64,000 bases of DNA from Eubacteriales bacterium. GTDB taxonomy: Bacteria > Bacillota > Clostridia > Oscillospirales > CAG-272. Position 1 is the first letter of the stretch, and every line of letters starts with the position of its first letter. The notes under the pieces were generated by a model. That model searched no databases and was not told the origin of the DNA. It saw nothing but the letters and a program-made list of their open reading frames with translations. Below, one piece after another: positions 17,702 through 28,088 of this stretch. Made by a program: the position numbers and the translations under genes. The DNA is taken from NCBI GenBank assembly GCA_045617585.1, contig JAZLIW010000015.1, positions 689 to 64,688 of the forward strand, in the 5' to 3' direction.

Positions 17702-18436
17702 ATGTTCGGTCCTTCTTCCTTTCCCTCCGTCCCGCTCCCCGGCGTTTCCGTCAGTGACGTCACGCAGGCGGAAGCCCTGCGCACGACCTTTCTCCGTCGG
17801 AAGCACGGGATCAGGACCCTGATCTTCACGCCGAACACGGAAATGGCGTACCGGGCAGCCGCGGATCCCGCGTTTGCCGCCGTGCTGAAGGAAGCGGATC
17901 TTTCCCTTCCGGACGGGCAGGGGCTCGTCCTCAGCGCCCGGTTCCTCGGCGTTCCCGTCCCGGAAAAGATCCCGGGGATCGACTTCGGCGAGGCGCTGCT
18001 CCGCATTGCGGCAAAGCGCCGTCTTTCGGTCGCGTTTTACGGCGGAAAGCAGGGGATCGCGGAAGAAGCGGCGGAGCGGATGAAGATAAAATATCCGGGT
18101 CTTACCGTGTGCGGCACGTACGACGGCTATCACCCGCTGCCCGAGGATCCGCACGCGGATCTTCTCTTCGTTTGCCTCGGCTCACCGCGTCAGGAATACT
18201 GGGCGGCGGAGCACGCGGAAGAACTCGACTGCTCCGTGATCGCCTGCCTCGGCGGCGCCCTCGACGTCTGGTCCGGGAAAAAAAGCCGCGCGCCCCTTTT
18301 GATGCGGCGCGGCGGGCTGGAATGGCTGTACCGCCTGATAAAGGAGCCTTCCCGGTTCCCGCGGATGCTCTCCATCCCGAAGTATCTCCTCCTGGTCGCG
18401 GGTGAAAAAGCCGGGAACGCCTTTTCTCAACGATGA
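17702..18436 (+). CDS. WecB/TagA/CpsF family glycosyltransferase
   Basis: ORF 17702..18436(+). Motifs TPNTEMAYRAA, LSLPDGQGLVLSARFLG, LFVCLGSPRQEYW and GLEWLYRLIKEPSR. Confidence 0.85.
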   Translation: MFGPSSFPSVPLPGVSVSDVTQAEALRTTFLRRKHGIRTLIFTPNTEMAYRAAADPAFAAVLKEADLSLPDGQGLVLSARFLGVPVPEKIPGIDFGEALLRIAAKRRLSVAFYGGKQGIAEEAAERMKIKYPGLTVCGTYDGYHPLPEDPHADLLFVCLGSPRQEYWAAEHAEELDCSVIACLGGALDVWSGKKSRAPLLMRRGGLEWLYRLIKEPSRFPRMLSIPKYLLLVAGEKAGNAFSQR

Positions 18437-18441
18437 TATGA

Positions 18442-21400
18442 ATGGAAACAGATATGGCTGAAACGAAAAAAAATCAGAATTCCACGAAAAAAAGTCCTCC
18501 CGCCGGCCGCTCCGCACAGACGAACGCGGCAGTAAAGAAGGACCGTGCCCCGGCGTCTGAAAAGAAAGCGGCACCCGCAAAAAGAGCGGAACCGGCGCAG
18601 GGAAAAAAAGAAGAGCCCGCGCACTCCTCTTCCCCGTCCCGCGCGAAAAAGATCCTCAGTCAGATCCTGCCCTACGTGCTGGTCCTGCTGAGCGTCTTCC
18701 TGATCGTCTGCTTTCTGACCTTTGACCCGTCGGGAAAGACGAACCCCTATACCGGGATCATCGGGAACGGGCTCTGCAAACTCGCCTTCGGTCTGTTCTC
18801 GGGGGCCGCGTATCTGATGCCCCTGCTTGCTCTGCTCTACGCGCTGTTCTGGAAGCACGATTTCGGCTTCCCGGTCGGAAAAGGCGAGCGGGCAATCTGG
18901 GGAACGCTCTTTTTACTGTTTACGGCAGCGGATATCCACGCGATCGCCTTCCTGAACCACCCTGAGCTGAAGGCTTTTGGAGTCGGCTTCCTGTGGGAAC
19001 AGGGCGTGAATCGCGTCGGCGGAGGCGTCCTCGGCGGACTGCTCGGCACGGCGCTGCTGAATCTGGTCGGGAAAGTCGGCTCGCTGCTGATCGGGATCGC
19101 CGTCGCGATCCTGTTCGCCCTCTTCTTCTTCGGGCTGACGCCCCACACCATCTACGTCTGGATCGCGTTCTCCCTCCACGAGAACCGGGAACGCAGGCAG
19201 GAGCAGAAGGAAGCGCGCGAGGAAAAACTCGCGCAGATTGAAGAGGAGCGCCGCGCCCGCGCCAAAGAAAAGAGAGAGCGTGAGCTGGAGCGCCAGCAGG
19301 AGCAGGAGCGCAGACGCGCCGAAGCCGATCTTGAGCAGAAGCGCAAGCCCTACGTTGACGAGGAACCGATCGGCACCCCGTCCGGGAACACCGGAAGCGG
19401 CAGCGGTCAGAACGCGCCCGGCGTTTACGAGCACGTCAAGCCGATCATCGGCCCCAAGAAAAAATTCGTGCCAGTGGACGAGGACGATACCGACGTGCCG
19501 CACGAGGTCGCTCTGACCGGAAGCGGTCCCGAAGAGAACGGTCCCTTCGACTTCCCGGAGAACGATCCCGCAGACGAAAAGACCGGGCACGCGGAGGACG
19601 AGGAGTCCATCTACGCCCCCGATTTCACCATGAACGGCGGGAAAAAGCCGCCGCTCCCGCAGAAAAAGCAAGAGCCTGATCCCACCGCGGCCGCCGGGCA
19701 GGAAAAGACCGCCGTCAAAAAGCCCGCCGGAACAGAGGACGAGGTCATCGACCTCGAGGCGATCTTCACCGATCCCGAAGGCAACGACGTGATCGAGAAA
19801 TTTCAGGAGGAGCAGCGCAGAAGGGAGCTTGAGGCCAAGGTCAAGCGCGACCTTGACGAGCATCCCGTCACCGGCGCCGCGGGGGATGAAAACCAGGCGG
19901 AATACGACCTCGCCATCCGCCGCCTCTCCGCCCTGACCGGCACGGAGCCCGCGAAAGAGCTCGTCGAGACGCCGGTCCCCGAAAAGAAGCCGTACCAATT
20001 CCCGCCCGTCACGCTGATGAAGCTGGATCCCGCACCCGTCAACGAGGACGTCAGCGAGGAGCTGCATTCCAACGGCGTCAAGCTGGTCGAAACGCTCCGT
20101 TCCTTCAAGGTCCGCACCAAGATCGTCAATATTTCCCGCGGTCCGACCATCACCCGCTATGAGCTGACTCCCGAAGAAGGCGTCCGCGTCCGTCAGATCG
20201 CGAATCTGGTGGACGATATCGCGCTGAACCTTGCCACCTCCGGCGTCCGTATCGAAGCGCCGATCCCCGGCAAGAGCGCGGTCGGCATCGAAGTCCCGAA
20301 CAAGAACGTCGCGACCGTCTTCCTGCGCGAGCTGATCGACACGCCCAAGTTCAAAAACGCGCCCAGCTTGATCACCGCCTGCCTCGGCAAGGACGTCGCC
20401 GGCGACCCGATCTACTTCGACATCGCGAAAATGCCGCATCTGCTCATCGCCGGAGCGACCGGTATGGGTAAATCGGTCTGTATGAACAGCATCATCGTCA
20501 GCCTGCTCTACAAAGCAAGCCCCGACGACGTCAAGCTGATGCTCATCGACCCGAAGAAGGTCGAAATGAACATCTACAACGGTCTGCCCCATCTGCTCGT
20601 TCCGGTCGTCTCCGATCCGAAGAAGGCGGCGGGCGCGCTCCACTGGGCAGTGACCGAGATGGAACGCCGCTACGAGCTCATCGAGGGCATGGGCGTGCGT
20701 GACCTGAAAAACTACAACAAAGCGATCGAGGGCGACCCGAAAAAGGAACATCTGCCCCAGATCGTGATCCTGATCGACGAGCTTGCCGACCTCATGATGA
20801 CCGCCTCCGACGACGTCGAGACCTCGATCTGCCGTCTCGCGCAGAAGGCGAGAGCCGCCGGGATGCACCTGATCATCGGTACGCAGCGTCCTTCGGTCGA
20901 CGTCATCACCGGTCTGATCAAGGCAAACGTCCCCTCGCGTATCGCGTTCACCGTCTCCCAGCAGATGGATTCCCGCGTCATCCTTGACATGGTAGGCGCC
21001 GAGAAGCTGATCGGGCGCGGCGACATGCTCTACGCCCCGGTCGGCGCTTCCAAACCCATCCGCGTGCAGGGCGCCTTCGTCTCCGAAGGAGAGGTCGAAG
21101 ATATCGTCTCCTTCATCAAAGATCATCAGGGCGTCACGGAATACAGCGGCGATATCATGGAAAGCATCGAAAAGGAAGCCGCCCGCTGCGGCAGCGGAAA
21201 GCACGGCTCGGGCGACGCTCCTGCCGACGGAACCGACGAGGGAGAAGCGGACAATATGCTCAAGCCCGCGATCGAGCTCGCGCTCGAGGCCGGAAAGATC
21301 TCCACCTCCCTGATCCAGCGCCGTCTTTCTCTCGGCTACGGCAGAGCCGCGAAGCTTATCGACAAGATGGAGCGGCTCGGCATCGTCTCCCCGCCCGAAG

Positions 21401-21480
21401 GGCAGAAACCCCGCTCCGTCCTCATCACCCGCGAGCAGTACATGGAAATGGTCCTCGACCACGACGAAGAACTCGGCTGA
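18442..21480 (+). CDS. ftsK: FtsK/SpoIIIE family DNA translocase (1012 aa)
   Basis: ORF 18442..21480(+). N-terminal TM helices and a charged linker. Motor-domain motifs HLLIAGATGMGKSVCMN, ILIDELADLMM and GMHLIIGTQRPSVDVITG. Gamma-domain motif LIQRRLSLGYGRAAKLID. Confidence 0.93.
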   Translation: METDMAETKKNQNSTKKSPPAGRSAQTNAAVKKDRAPASEKKAAPAKRAEPAQGKKEEPAHSSSPSRAKKILSQILPYVLVLLSVFLIVCFLTFDPSGKTNPYTGIIGNGLCKLAFGLFSGAAYLMPLLALLYALFWKHDFGFPVGKGERAIWGTLFLLFTAADIHAIAFLNHPELKAFGVGFLWEQGVNRVGGGVLGGLLGTALLNLVGKVGSLLIGIAVAILFALFFFGLTPHTIYVWIAFSLHENRERRQEQKEAREEKLAQIEEERRARAKEKRERELERQQEQERRRAEADLEQKRKPYVDEEPIGTPSGNTGSGSGQNAPGVYEHVKPIIGPKKKFVPVDEDDTDVPHEVALTGSGPEENGPFDFPENDPADEKTGHAEDEESIYAPDFTMNGGKKPPLPQKKQEPDPTAAAGQEKTAVKKPAGTEDEVIDLEAIFTDPEGNDVIEKFQEEQRRRELEAKVKRDLDEHPVTGAAGDENQAEYDLAIRRLSALTGTEPAKELVETPVPEKKPYQFPPVTLMKLDPAPVNEDVSEELHSNGVKLVETLRSFKVRTKIVNISRGPTITRYELTPEEGVRVRQIANLVDDIALNLATSGVRIEAPIPGKSAVGIEVPNKNVATVFLRELIDTPKFKNAPSLITACLGKDVAGDPIYFDIAKMPHLLIAGATGMGKSVCMNSIIVSLLYKASPDDVKLMLIDPKKVEMNIYNGLPHLLVPVVSDPKKAAGALHWAVTEMERRYELIEGMGVRDLKNYNKAIEGDPKKEHLPQIVILIDELADLMMTASDDVETSICRLAQKARAAGMHLIIGTQRPSVDVITGLIKANVPSRIAFTVSQQMDSRVILDMVGAEKLIGRGDMLYAPVGASKPIRVQGAFVSEGEVEDIVSFIKDHQGVTEYSGDIMESIEKEAARCGSGKHGSGDAPADGTDEGEADNMLKPAIELALEAGKISTSLIQRRLSLGYGRAAKLIDKMERLGIVSPPEGQKPRSVLITREQYMEMVLDHDEELG

Positions 21481-21516
21481 CCCCGCGGTCGGCATATAAA
21501 AGAAAGGAAACGCGTT

Positions 21517-22587
21517 ATGTCACGTTACACTTCTCTGCTTTCCCGCCTTCCCGACGGGATCGACGCGCTGATCGTCACCTCCGAAAAGAATCAGCGCTAT
21601 CTTTCCGGCTTTGCTTTCACCGACGGCTACGTGGTCGTCACCCGCTCCCACGGCTACCTCTTCACCGACTTCCGCTACATCGAAGCGGCGAAAAGAGAGA
21701 CCCGCCCCGACTACGAGGTCCTCATGTTTGAAAACGGCAACCGCACCGCCCTCGTCACCGGAAAGCTGAAGGACGACGGGGTCCGGGTCCTTGCCTACGA
21801 GGACAACTTCCTCACGGTCAGGGAACTGGAAGGGCTGAAAAAAGAATACCCCGATTTCGAGCTCGTCCCGGTCGGGACCGTCCTCGAGGATATGCGCGTC
21901 TTCAAGGACGAGGAAGAGATCTCCTGCATCGTCAAGGCGCAGCGGATCGCGGAAGCGGCGCTGGAAGAGACCCTGAAGCGCCTGACGCCCGACATGACCG
22001 AGATCGAGGTCGCGGCAGAGCTGGAATATCACATGAGACGCGGCGGCGCGGCGGGGACCTCCTTTGACACGATCGCCGTCTCCGGCAGGCTCTCCTCCTG
22101 CCCGCACGGCGTTCCGCGCAACGTCAAGCTGGAGCGCGGCTTCCTCACGATGGATTTCGGCGCGTTGTACGGCGGCTATTGCTCCGACATGACCCGTACC
22201 GTCGTCCTCGGAAAAGCGGACGCGGAAATGAAAAAGGTCTACGATACCGTGCTGAAGGCACAGCTCGCCGCCCTTGACGCGATCCGTCCCGGTGCCGACA
22301 TGGGCGAGATGGACAAGATCGCCCGCGTCATCATCTACGGCGCGGGATACGAGGGCTGCTTCGGACACAGCCTCGGGCACGGCGTCGGCATGTTCATCCA
22401 CGAGCGTCCCGGCTTCTCCCGTGCGTGGTTCGGTCACGCGCTGGAAGCGGGGCACGTCGTGACGGTCGAACCCGGTATTTATCTGGAAAACCGTTACGGT
22501 GTCCGTATCGAGGACATGGTCGCGATCTATGAGGACCGCGCGGAGAACCTCACCAAGGCACCGAAGGAAATGATCGAGCTGTTTTAA
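21517..22587 (+). CDS. M24 family Xaa-Pro aminopeptidase
   Basis: ORF 21517..22587(+). Motifs FDTIAVSG, DFGALYGGYCSDMTRT, GHSLGHGVGMFIHE and VTVEPGIY. Confidence 0.9.
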   Translation: MSRYTSLLSRLPDGIDALIVTSEKNQRYLSGFAFTDGYVVVTRSHGYLFTDFRYIEAAKRETRPDYEVLMFENGNRTALVTGKLKDDGVRVLAYEDNFLTVRELEGLKKEYPDFELVPVGTVLEDMRVFKDEEEISCIVKAQRIAEAALEETLKRLTPDMTEIEVAAELEYHMRRGGAAGTSFDTIAVSGRLSSCPHGVPRNVKLERGFLTMDFGALYGGYCSDMTRTVVLGKADAEMKKVYDTVLKAQLAALDAIRPGADMGEMDKIARVIIYGAGYEGCFGHSLGHGVGMFIHERPGFSRAWFGHALEAGHVVTVEPGIYLENRYGVRIEDMVAIYEDRAENLTKAPKEMIELF

Positions 22588-22596
22588 TCAAAATCC

Positions 22597-22630
22597 GGGC
22601 TGCCGTACGTCGCGTGCGGCAGCCCGTTTC
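22597..22630 (+). terminator. hairpin after the aminopeptidase gene (weak U-tract)
   Basis: GGGCTGCCG (22597-22605) pairs with CGGCAGCCC (22617-22625), followed by GTTTCAC. The mnmE SD follows directly. Confidence 0.45.
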
Positions 22631-22635
22631 ACGAG

Positions 22636-24018
22636 GTGGATATGTACGAAACCGTTTCGGCGATCTCGACCCCGCACGGCAAGGGTGGGATCTCCGTGAT
22701 CCGGATCACGGGCAGCGAGGCGCTCGCCGTGGCAGACCGCGTCTTTTTCCCGAAGAACGGGACGCCGCTCTCCCGGACGGAGCCGAATACCGCCGTCTTC
22801 GGCGGGATCCGCAAGGAAGACTGTGAGATCGACACCGGTGTGGCGGTCGTTTTCCGCGCACCGAAAAGCTTTACCGGAGAGGACACCGTCGAGATCTCCT
22901 GCCACGGCGGCATCCTGCTGACCGAAAGCGTGCTGGAAAGCACCTTTCTCGCCGGCGCGCGTCCGGCGGGCCCCGGGGAATTCACGAAGCGTGCGTTCCT
23001 GAACGGAAAGCTCAGCCTCTCGCAGGCGGAGGCGGTCATGGAACTGATCGAGGCGGAAAGCGAGGAAAAGATCCTGCTCTCCGCCAAAAAGACGAGGGGC
23101 TCCCTCACGAGAAAGCTCGACGCGCTGACCGAAGAGCTGAAATTCCTGCTTGCCTCGGCTTACGCCTATATCGACTACCCGGACGAGGATCTGACCGACG
23201 TCACGCCCTCGGAGATGGAGGCGCGGATCGGCGGCATCGAGGACTCTCTTTCCCTTCTGATCGACGGTTACCGCTCCGGCAAAGCGATCTCCGAAGGGAT
23301 CCCGACCGTCATCGCGGGCAAGCCGAACAGCGGAAAATCCTCTCTGATGAACGCCATCCTCGGCGAAGACCGCGCCATCGTCAGCAGCATCGCGGGAACG
23401 ACCCGCGATACGATCGAGGAAAAGGCGGTGGTCGGGCGGGTGATCCTGCGCCTCTGCGACACCGCGGGAATCCGTCAGTCGGACGATCCGATCGAGGCGG
23501 AGGGCGTCCGCAGGGCGGAACGGAAGCTGGAGGACGCCGAGCTCATCCTCGCCGTTTTCGACGGGTCCCGTCCCGCCGACGCCGACGACGAACGCCTCCT
23601 TTCCCTTTTGACCCGGCTGAAGGACGAGGGGAAAGAGATCCTCGTCCTTCGCAACAAGTGCGATCTGCCTCCCCTTCTTCCCGCGTCGTTCACCGACCCG
23701 CTCGGCACCGCGATCGGGATCGCGGCGGGAAAAGAGGAGATCGCCCCGCTCGCCGCGGAGATCGAGCGGCGGTATCTCGCGGGAGCGGTCGGCATCGAGA
23801 CCGGAGAGCTCGTCACCAATGCCCGTCAGCACGCGTCCCTGCTTCAGGCGCTCGAGGCCGTCCGTGCGGCGCGCGCCGCCCTGCAAAGCGGCATGACGCA
23901 GGACGTCGCCTCCCTCGATCTTGAGCTCGCGCTCGCCCGCCTCTCCGAGACCGACGGCCGCGCCGTCTCGGAATCGGTCGTCAACGAGATCTTTTCCCAC
24001 TTCTGTGTGGGAAAGTGA
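22636..24018 (+). CDS. mnmE: tRNA uridine-5-carboxymethylaminomethyl(34) synthesis GTPase MnmE
   Basis: ORF 22636..24018(+). Motifs ISTPHGKGGISVIRITG, GKPNSGKSSLMN and DTAGIR. C-terminal FCVGK. Confidence 0.95.
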   Translation: MDMYETVSAISTPHGKGGISVIRITGSEALAVADRVFFPKNGTPLSRTEPNTAVFGGIRKEDCEIDTGVAVVFRAPKSFTGEDTVEISCHGGILLTESVLESTFLAGARPAGPGEFTKRAFLNGKLSLSQAEAVMELIEAESEEKILLSAKKTRGSLTRKLDALTEELKFLLASAYAYIDYPDEDLTDVTPSEMEARIGGIEDSLSLLIDGYRSGKAISEGIPTVIAGKPNSGKSSLMNAILGEDRAIVSSIAGTTRDTIEEKAVVGRVILRLCDTAGIRQSDDPIEAEGVRRAERKLEDAELILAVFDGSRPADADDERLLSLLTRLKDEGKEILVLRNKCDLPPLLPASFTDPLGTAIGIAAGKEEIAPLAAEIERRYLAGAVGIETGELVTNARQHASLLQALEAVRAARAALQSGMTQDVASLDLELALARLSETDGRAVSESVVNEIFSHFCVGK

Positions 24019-24047
24019 TTTCTCCCCTCTTTCAAACGTAAAAAATT

Positions 24048-24084
24048 CCTGCCCTGACGGAACGTTTCGTTCCGTCAGGGCAGG
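24048..24084. terminator. bidirectional terminator between convergent mnmE and the S51-like gene
   Basis: A 17-bp perfect stem pairs CCTGCCCTGACGGAACG (24048-24064) with CGTTCCGTCAGGGCAGG (24068-24084). A-run 5' and TTTCGTT 3'. Confidence 0.8.
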
Positions 24085-24089
24085 TTTCG

Positions 24090-24710
24090 TTATTCCATAG
24101 GCTGCGCACGGACGATCACGGTCCGGCTGCCGTCGATGAACACGCCGTCTCCGTCGTTCAGGCGGATGACGGTCTTCCCTTTTCTCTGCTCGTAGAGGGC
24201 GCACTTTTCTTCAAACCGGTCGAAGCGACGGAGATACCGTCCGTAATGCGGCAGGACCTCCGTCTCGGTCAGGCAGAGCCCGTTCAGGTCGGTCAGACCG
24301 ACGGTATTCATCTCCGGCGTGTACCCGTTGACCAGCTCCAGCGAGGGACCGAAAACGATCGCCGCGGCGCTCCAGCCGATCAGCATCCGCTCCGCCGCGA
24401 GCTTTTCGAGCACCGGTCCTGCGCCGGCACGGCGGACGGAACGGAGCAGATAAAACGGATTCCCTCCGATGAATTCCACCAGACCGTACCCGAGAAGCCG
24501 TCCGGCGTCCTCCGTGTCGATATCGAAGAGGTCGACGGAAAATCCCAGTTTTTCCAGGTCCTCCCGGCACCGCGGCACGTGATAATTCTTCTCTTTGTGT
24601 TTTTCGTCGGCTGTGACGACGAGCGCGGCTTTGCCCTCCTTCGTGATACGCTCCCGCAGCCCGGTCAGGAGCGCGTCCCCGGTCAATCCGTCCGAGCAAA
24701 GTAAGATCAC
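24090..24710 (-). CDS. S51 (PepE-like) peptidase / type-1 glutamine amidotransferase-like protein
   Basis: C-terminal 206 codons of ORF 24090..24917(-). A GTG start at 24710 follows SD GGAGGAGG and avoids overlap with the upstream gene. Motifs LVEFIGGNPFYLL and LIGWSAAAIVFGP. Confidence 0.7.
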   Translation of the reverse strand: MILLCSDGLTGDALLTGLRERITKEGKAALVVTADEKHKEKNYHVPRCREDLEKLGFSVDLFDIDTEDAGRLLGYGLVEFIGGNPFYLLRSVRRAGAGPVLEKLAAERMLIGWSAAAIVFGPSLELVNGYTPEMNTVGLTDLNGLCLTETEVLPHYGRYLRRFDRFEEKCALYEQRKGKTVIRLNDGDGVFIDGSRTVIVRAQPME

Positions 24711-24732
24711 CGTTTCCTCCTCCGGCGGTGCG

Positions 24733-25476
24733 TCAGTTCTCCGGGCGGAAGATCGCCATGCCGGCGTTCTTGTCGTGTCCGGTAAAGGGACGGGCGCAGA
24801 TATCGGCGTAATCCGCGGTCGTATCATAGGAGACGAAGCGGAAGAACGGGACGCCGTCCTCCACGACGATATAGTCGCCGCCCTTGTAATACGTGTCGGC
24901 GCCGAGGCGATAGGCAAGAGAGCCGGGATTCAGCGCGATCAGGTCGTGACGAAGCTGGAGCAGACCGCAGCGGTGGGAATCCCCGACGAGGAAGACCCGC
25001 TTTCCGCCGGTCGCGCCGACCTTTTCCCGCCAGTATTTTTCGGCGTTGTAAATCACGTTGTAATCCTTCATCTGGCGGTTCAGCGCGTTGTCATCACCGT
25101 ACTCGTGCTGATAGATATGCATCATATAATACGTGATGCCGTCGATCCCCTCGATCCGTTCCACCGGGAAAGAGCGGAGATATTCGATATCCCGGTCGGT
25201 CATCAGGGAGAGGTTGTGCTGCCAGAAATGCTCGGTCTTGTCAAACTCCATCGAGCGGAAGCCCTCGTTCAGGCGGCAGAGGAAGCCCTCGTCGTGGTTG
25301 CCCTGCACGCAGAGCGCTCCGTGCTCTCTGAGCCAGGTCAGACATTCGTGCGGCTGAAAGCCGAAGTCCACGGCGTCCCCGAGGAACAGAAGCTTATCCC
25401 AGGTTTTTTCCTGCTTTTCCACCGCTTCGAGCGCATGGAAGTTGCTGTGAACGTCCGAAATGATCAGTACCTTCAT
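24733..25476 (-). CDS. calcineurin-like metallophosphoesterase family protein
   Basis: ORF 24733..25476(-). Motifs ISDVHSN, LFLGDAVDFG, QGNHDE and VGDSH. Confidence 0.8.
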   Translation of the reverse strand: MKVLIISDVHSNFHALEAVEKQEKTWDKLLFLGDAVDFGFQPHECLTWLREHGALCVQGNHDEGFLCRLNEGFRSMEFDKTEHFWQHNLSLMTDRDIEYLRSFPVERIEGIDGITYYMMHIYQHEYGDDNALNRQMKDYNVIYNAEKYWREKVGATGGKRVFLVGDSHRCGLLQLRHDLIALNPGSLAYRLGADTYYKGGDYIVVEDGVPFFRFVSYDTTADYADICARPFTGHDKNAGMAIFRPEN

Positions 25477-25494
25477 CGTTTTTTCCTTTCTTTT

Positions 25495-26778
25495 TCAGTT
25501 CAGTTCGGAAGCACCGGCGCTGCGGACACGGAAGACCTCGCAGGCGCCCTCGCCGAAGACGGCGTTCATCGCTTTCCGGTAGTCCTCGACCGACTCAAAC
25601 GGCACGAACGCCTGCATCGTCCCGGCAAAACCGCCGCCGTGGACGCGCCACGCCGCTTTTTTCCCGGCAAGAAGCTGCTCGGTCACGCAGAGCGCGAGCG
25701 AAACGCCCTGCTCCGCCACGTTTTTGACGGTAAAGACGTTCTGCAGATACATATACGACGATCTGCCCGACTCCTTCACGAGGGAAAGGAACGTATCGAT
25801 ATCGCCTTTTTTCAGCGCCTCCGCCTGCTTTCCGACCCGCTCGTTTTCCGAGACGAAGTGGATCGCGCGGAGCAGCGCCCGGTCGCCGACCGTCTTTCTG
25901 AGTTCGGTGGCACGGGAAAGCAGATCGTTCAGCGTAATCCCGCGCAGGACCTCCTTCCCGTAAAGGGCGGCGACCTTCTTCATTTCCGCGGGAACGGAGG
26001 CGTAGTCCTCGTTCAGGTCGGCGTGATTGCCGCCGGTATCGGTGATGCAGAGCGCGTAACCCGCCGCGGTCAGATCGAAGCCGCAGGGCAGGATCTCAAA
26101 GGAGTCCGGTAAGCCTCCGAAGTCGATCGAGATAAAGGAGCCGCAGGCGCACGCGGTCTGATCCATCAGACCGCAGGGCTTGCCGAACCACACGTTTTCC
26201 GCGTACTGCGAGCAGCGGGCAAGCTGCTTCGGCTCCACGGCGCCGCCGTTATAAAGGGCGCTCTGGATCAGGCAGAGCATGACCTCAAACGCCGCGGAGG
26301 AAGAGATTCCGGAGCCCTTCTTGACCTCGGAGGTCGTCACGGCGTCGAACGCGCCTGCCGCAAAGCCGGATTTCCGGAGCCCTTCCGCCGTCCCGGCGAC
26401 CAGCGCCGCGGAGGTATATTTCCACGCGGGAACGGGTCCCTCTGCCGCAAGGTCCACGACGTCCTCGGGAAAGCCCTCGCTCTTGACGCGGCAGACCGTC
26501 CCCTCGCTCTTTGCCGCGACCGCGATGATATCCCGGTCTACCGCGGCGCAGAGCACGCAGCCGTGATTGTGGTCGGTGTGATTGCCGCCGATCTCGCTCC
26601 TGCCCGGAACGGAAAAGACCCGTACGTCACGGTCGGTACCGAACCGTTCGCCGAACGTGCGCAGCAGCGCGGCGATCCGCGCGGTCTTCTCCGGCACGCG
26701 GTCCGCGCCGTACCACGCGATAAGCGTTTCATTCATCTCTCCCGAGGCAAGTCGGGACAGCCATTCGTTGATCTTCAT
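25495..26778 (-). CDS. galactokinase-family GHMP kinase with a divergent signature
   Basis: ORF 25495..26778(-). Galactokinase-like signature VPGRSEIGGNHTDHNHG, GHMP ATP motif KGSGISSSAAFEV, and C-terminal VHGGGFAGT. Confidence 0.8.
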   Translation of the reverse strand: MKINEWLSRLASGEMNETLIAWYGADRVPEKTARIAALLRTFGERFGTDRDVRVFSVPGRSEIGGNHTDHNHGCVLCAAVDRDIIAVAAKSEGTVCRVKSEGFPEDVVDLAAEGPVPAWKYTSAALVAGTAEGLRKSGFAAGAFDAVTTSEVKKGSGISSSAAFEVMLCLIQSALYNGGAVEPKQLARCSQYAENVWFGKPCGLMDQTACACGSFISIDFGGLPDSFEILPCGFDLTAAGYALCITDTGGNHADLNEDYASVPAEMKKVAALYGKEVLRGITLNDLLSRATELRKTVGDRALLRAIHFVSENERVGKQAEALKKGDIDTFLSLVKESGRSSYMYLQNVFTVKNVAEQGVSLALCVTEQLLAGKKAAWRVHGGGFAGTMQAFVPFESVEDYRKAMNAVFGEGACEVFRVRSAGASELN

Positions 26779-26804
26779 AAAGCCTCCGGTGATATTTTTT
26801 TGTT

Positions 26805-26833
26805 ATTGTACCATTTCCGGCGGGAAATGTCAA
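26805..26833 (-). promoter_or_regulatory. sigma-A type promoter (TTGACA-17-TGGTACAAT) for the kinase/phosphoesterase/S51 operon, with a palindrome in the spacer
   Basis: The minus strand reads TTGACA (26833..26828), a 17-nt spacer, then TACAAT (26810..26805). The spacer holds CATTTCC-N4-GGAAATG (26812-26829). Confidence 0.65.
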
Positions 26834-26858
26834 GAAAATGAAAACTTTTTCCGTTTTG

Positions 26859-26873
26859 GAAAACAAATGTTTG
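26859..26873. promoter_or_regulatory. candidate LexA (Cheo-like) box overlapping the recA -35
   Basis: GAAAACAAATGTTTG contains AAAC-AAAT-GTTT. This is one symmetric mismatch per half-site from the Firmicute consensus GAAC-N4-GTTC. It overlaps TTGACA at 26871. Confidence 0.45.
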
Positions 26874-26899
26874 ACACGCGCGGGGAAGCATGATATAAT
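26871..26899 (+). promoter_or_regulatory. sigma-A type promoter for recA (TTGACA-17-TATAAT)
   Basis: TTGACA at 26871-26876, a 17-nt spacer, then TGATATAAT with the -10 at 26894-26899. Confidence 0.75.
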
Positions 26900-26956
26900 A
26901 GAAGAAAAAAGACGGTTCCCGCGGAGTTCCTACGGGAAAGAAAAAGGAGCAAAACC

Positions 26957-28084
<1,128 letters not shown>

Positions 28085-28088
28085 TCAC

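Noticed and set aside
24711-24917. The long ATG start of the S51-like ORF (275 aa).
   Set aside because: It would overlap the upstream phosphoesterase gene by 185 nt with P/R/S/T-rich sequence. A GTG at 24710 preceded by GGAGGAGG gives a normal-length protein.
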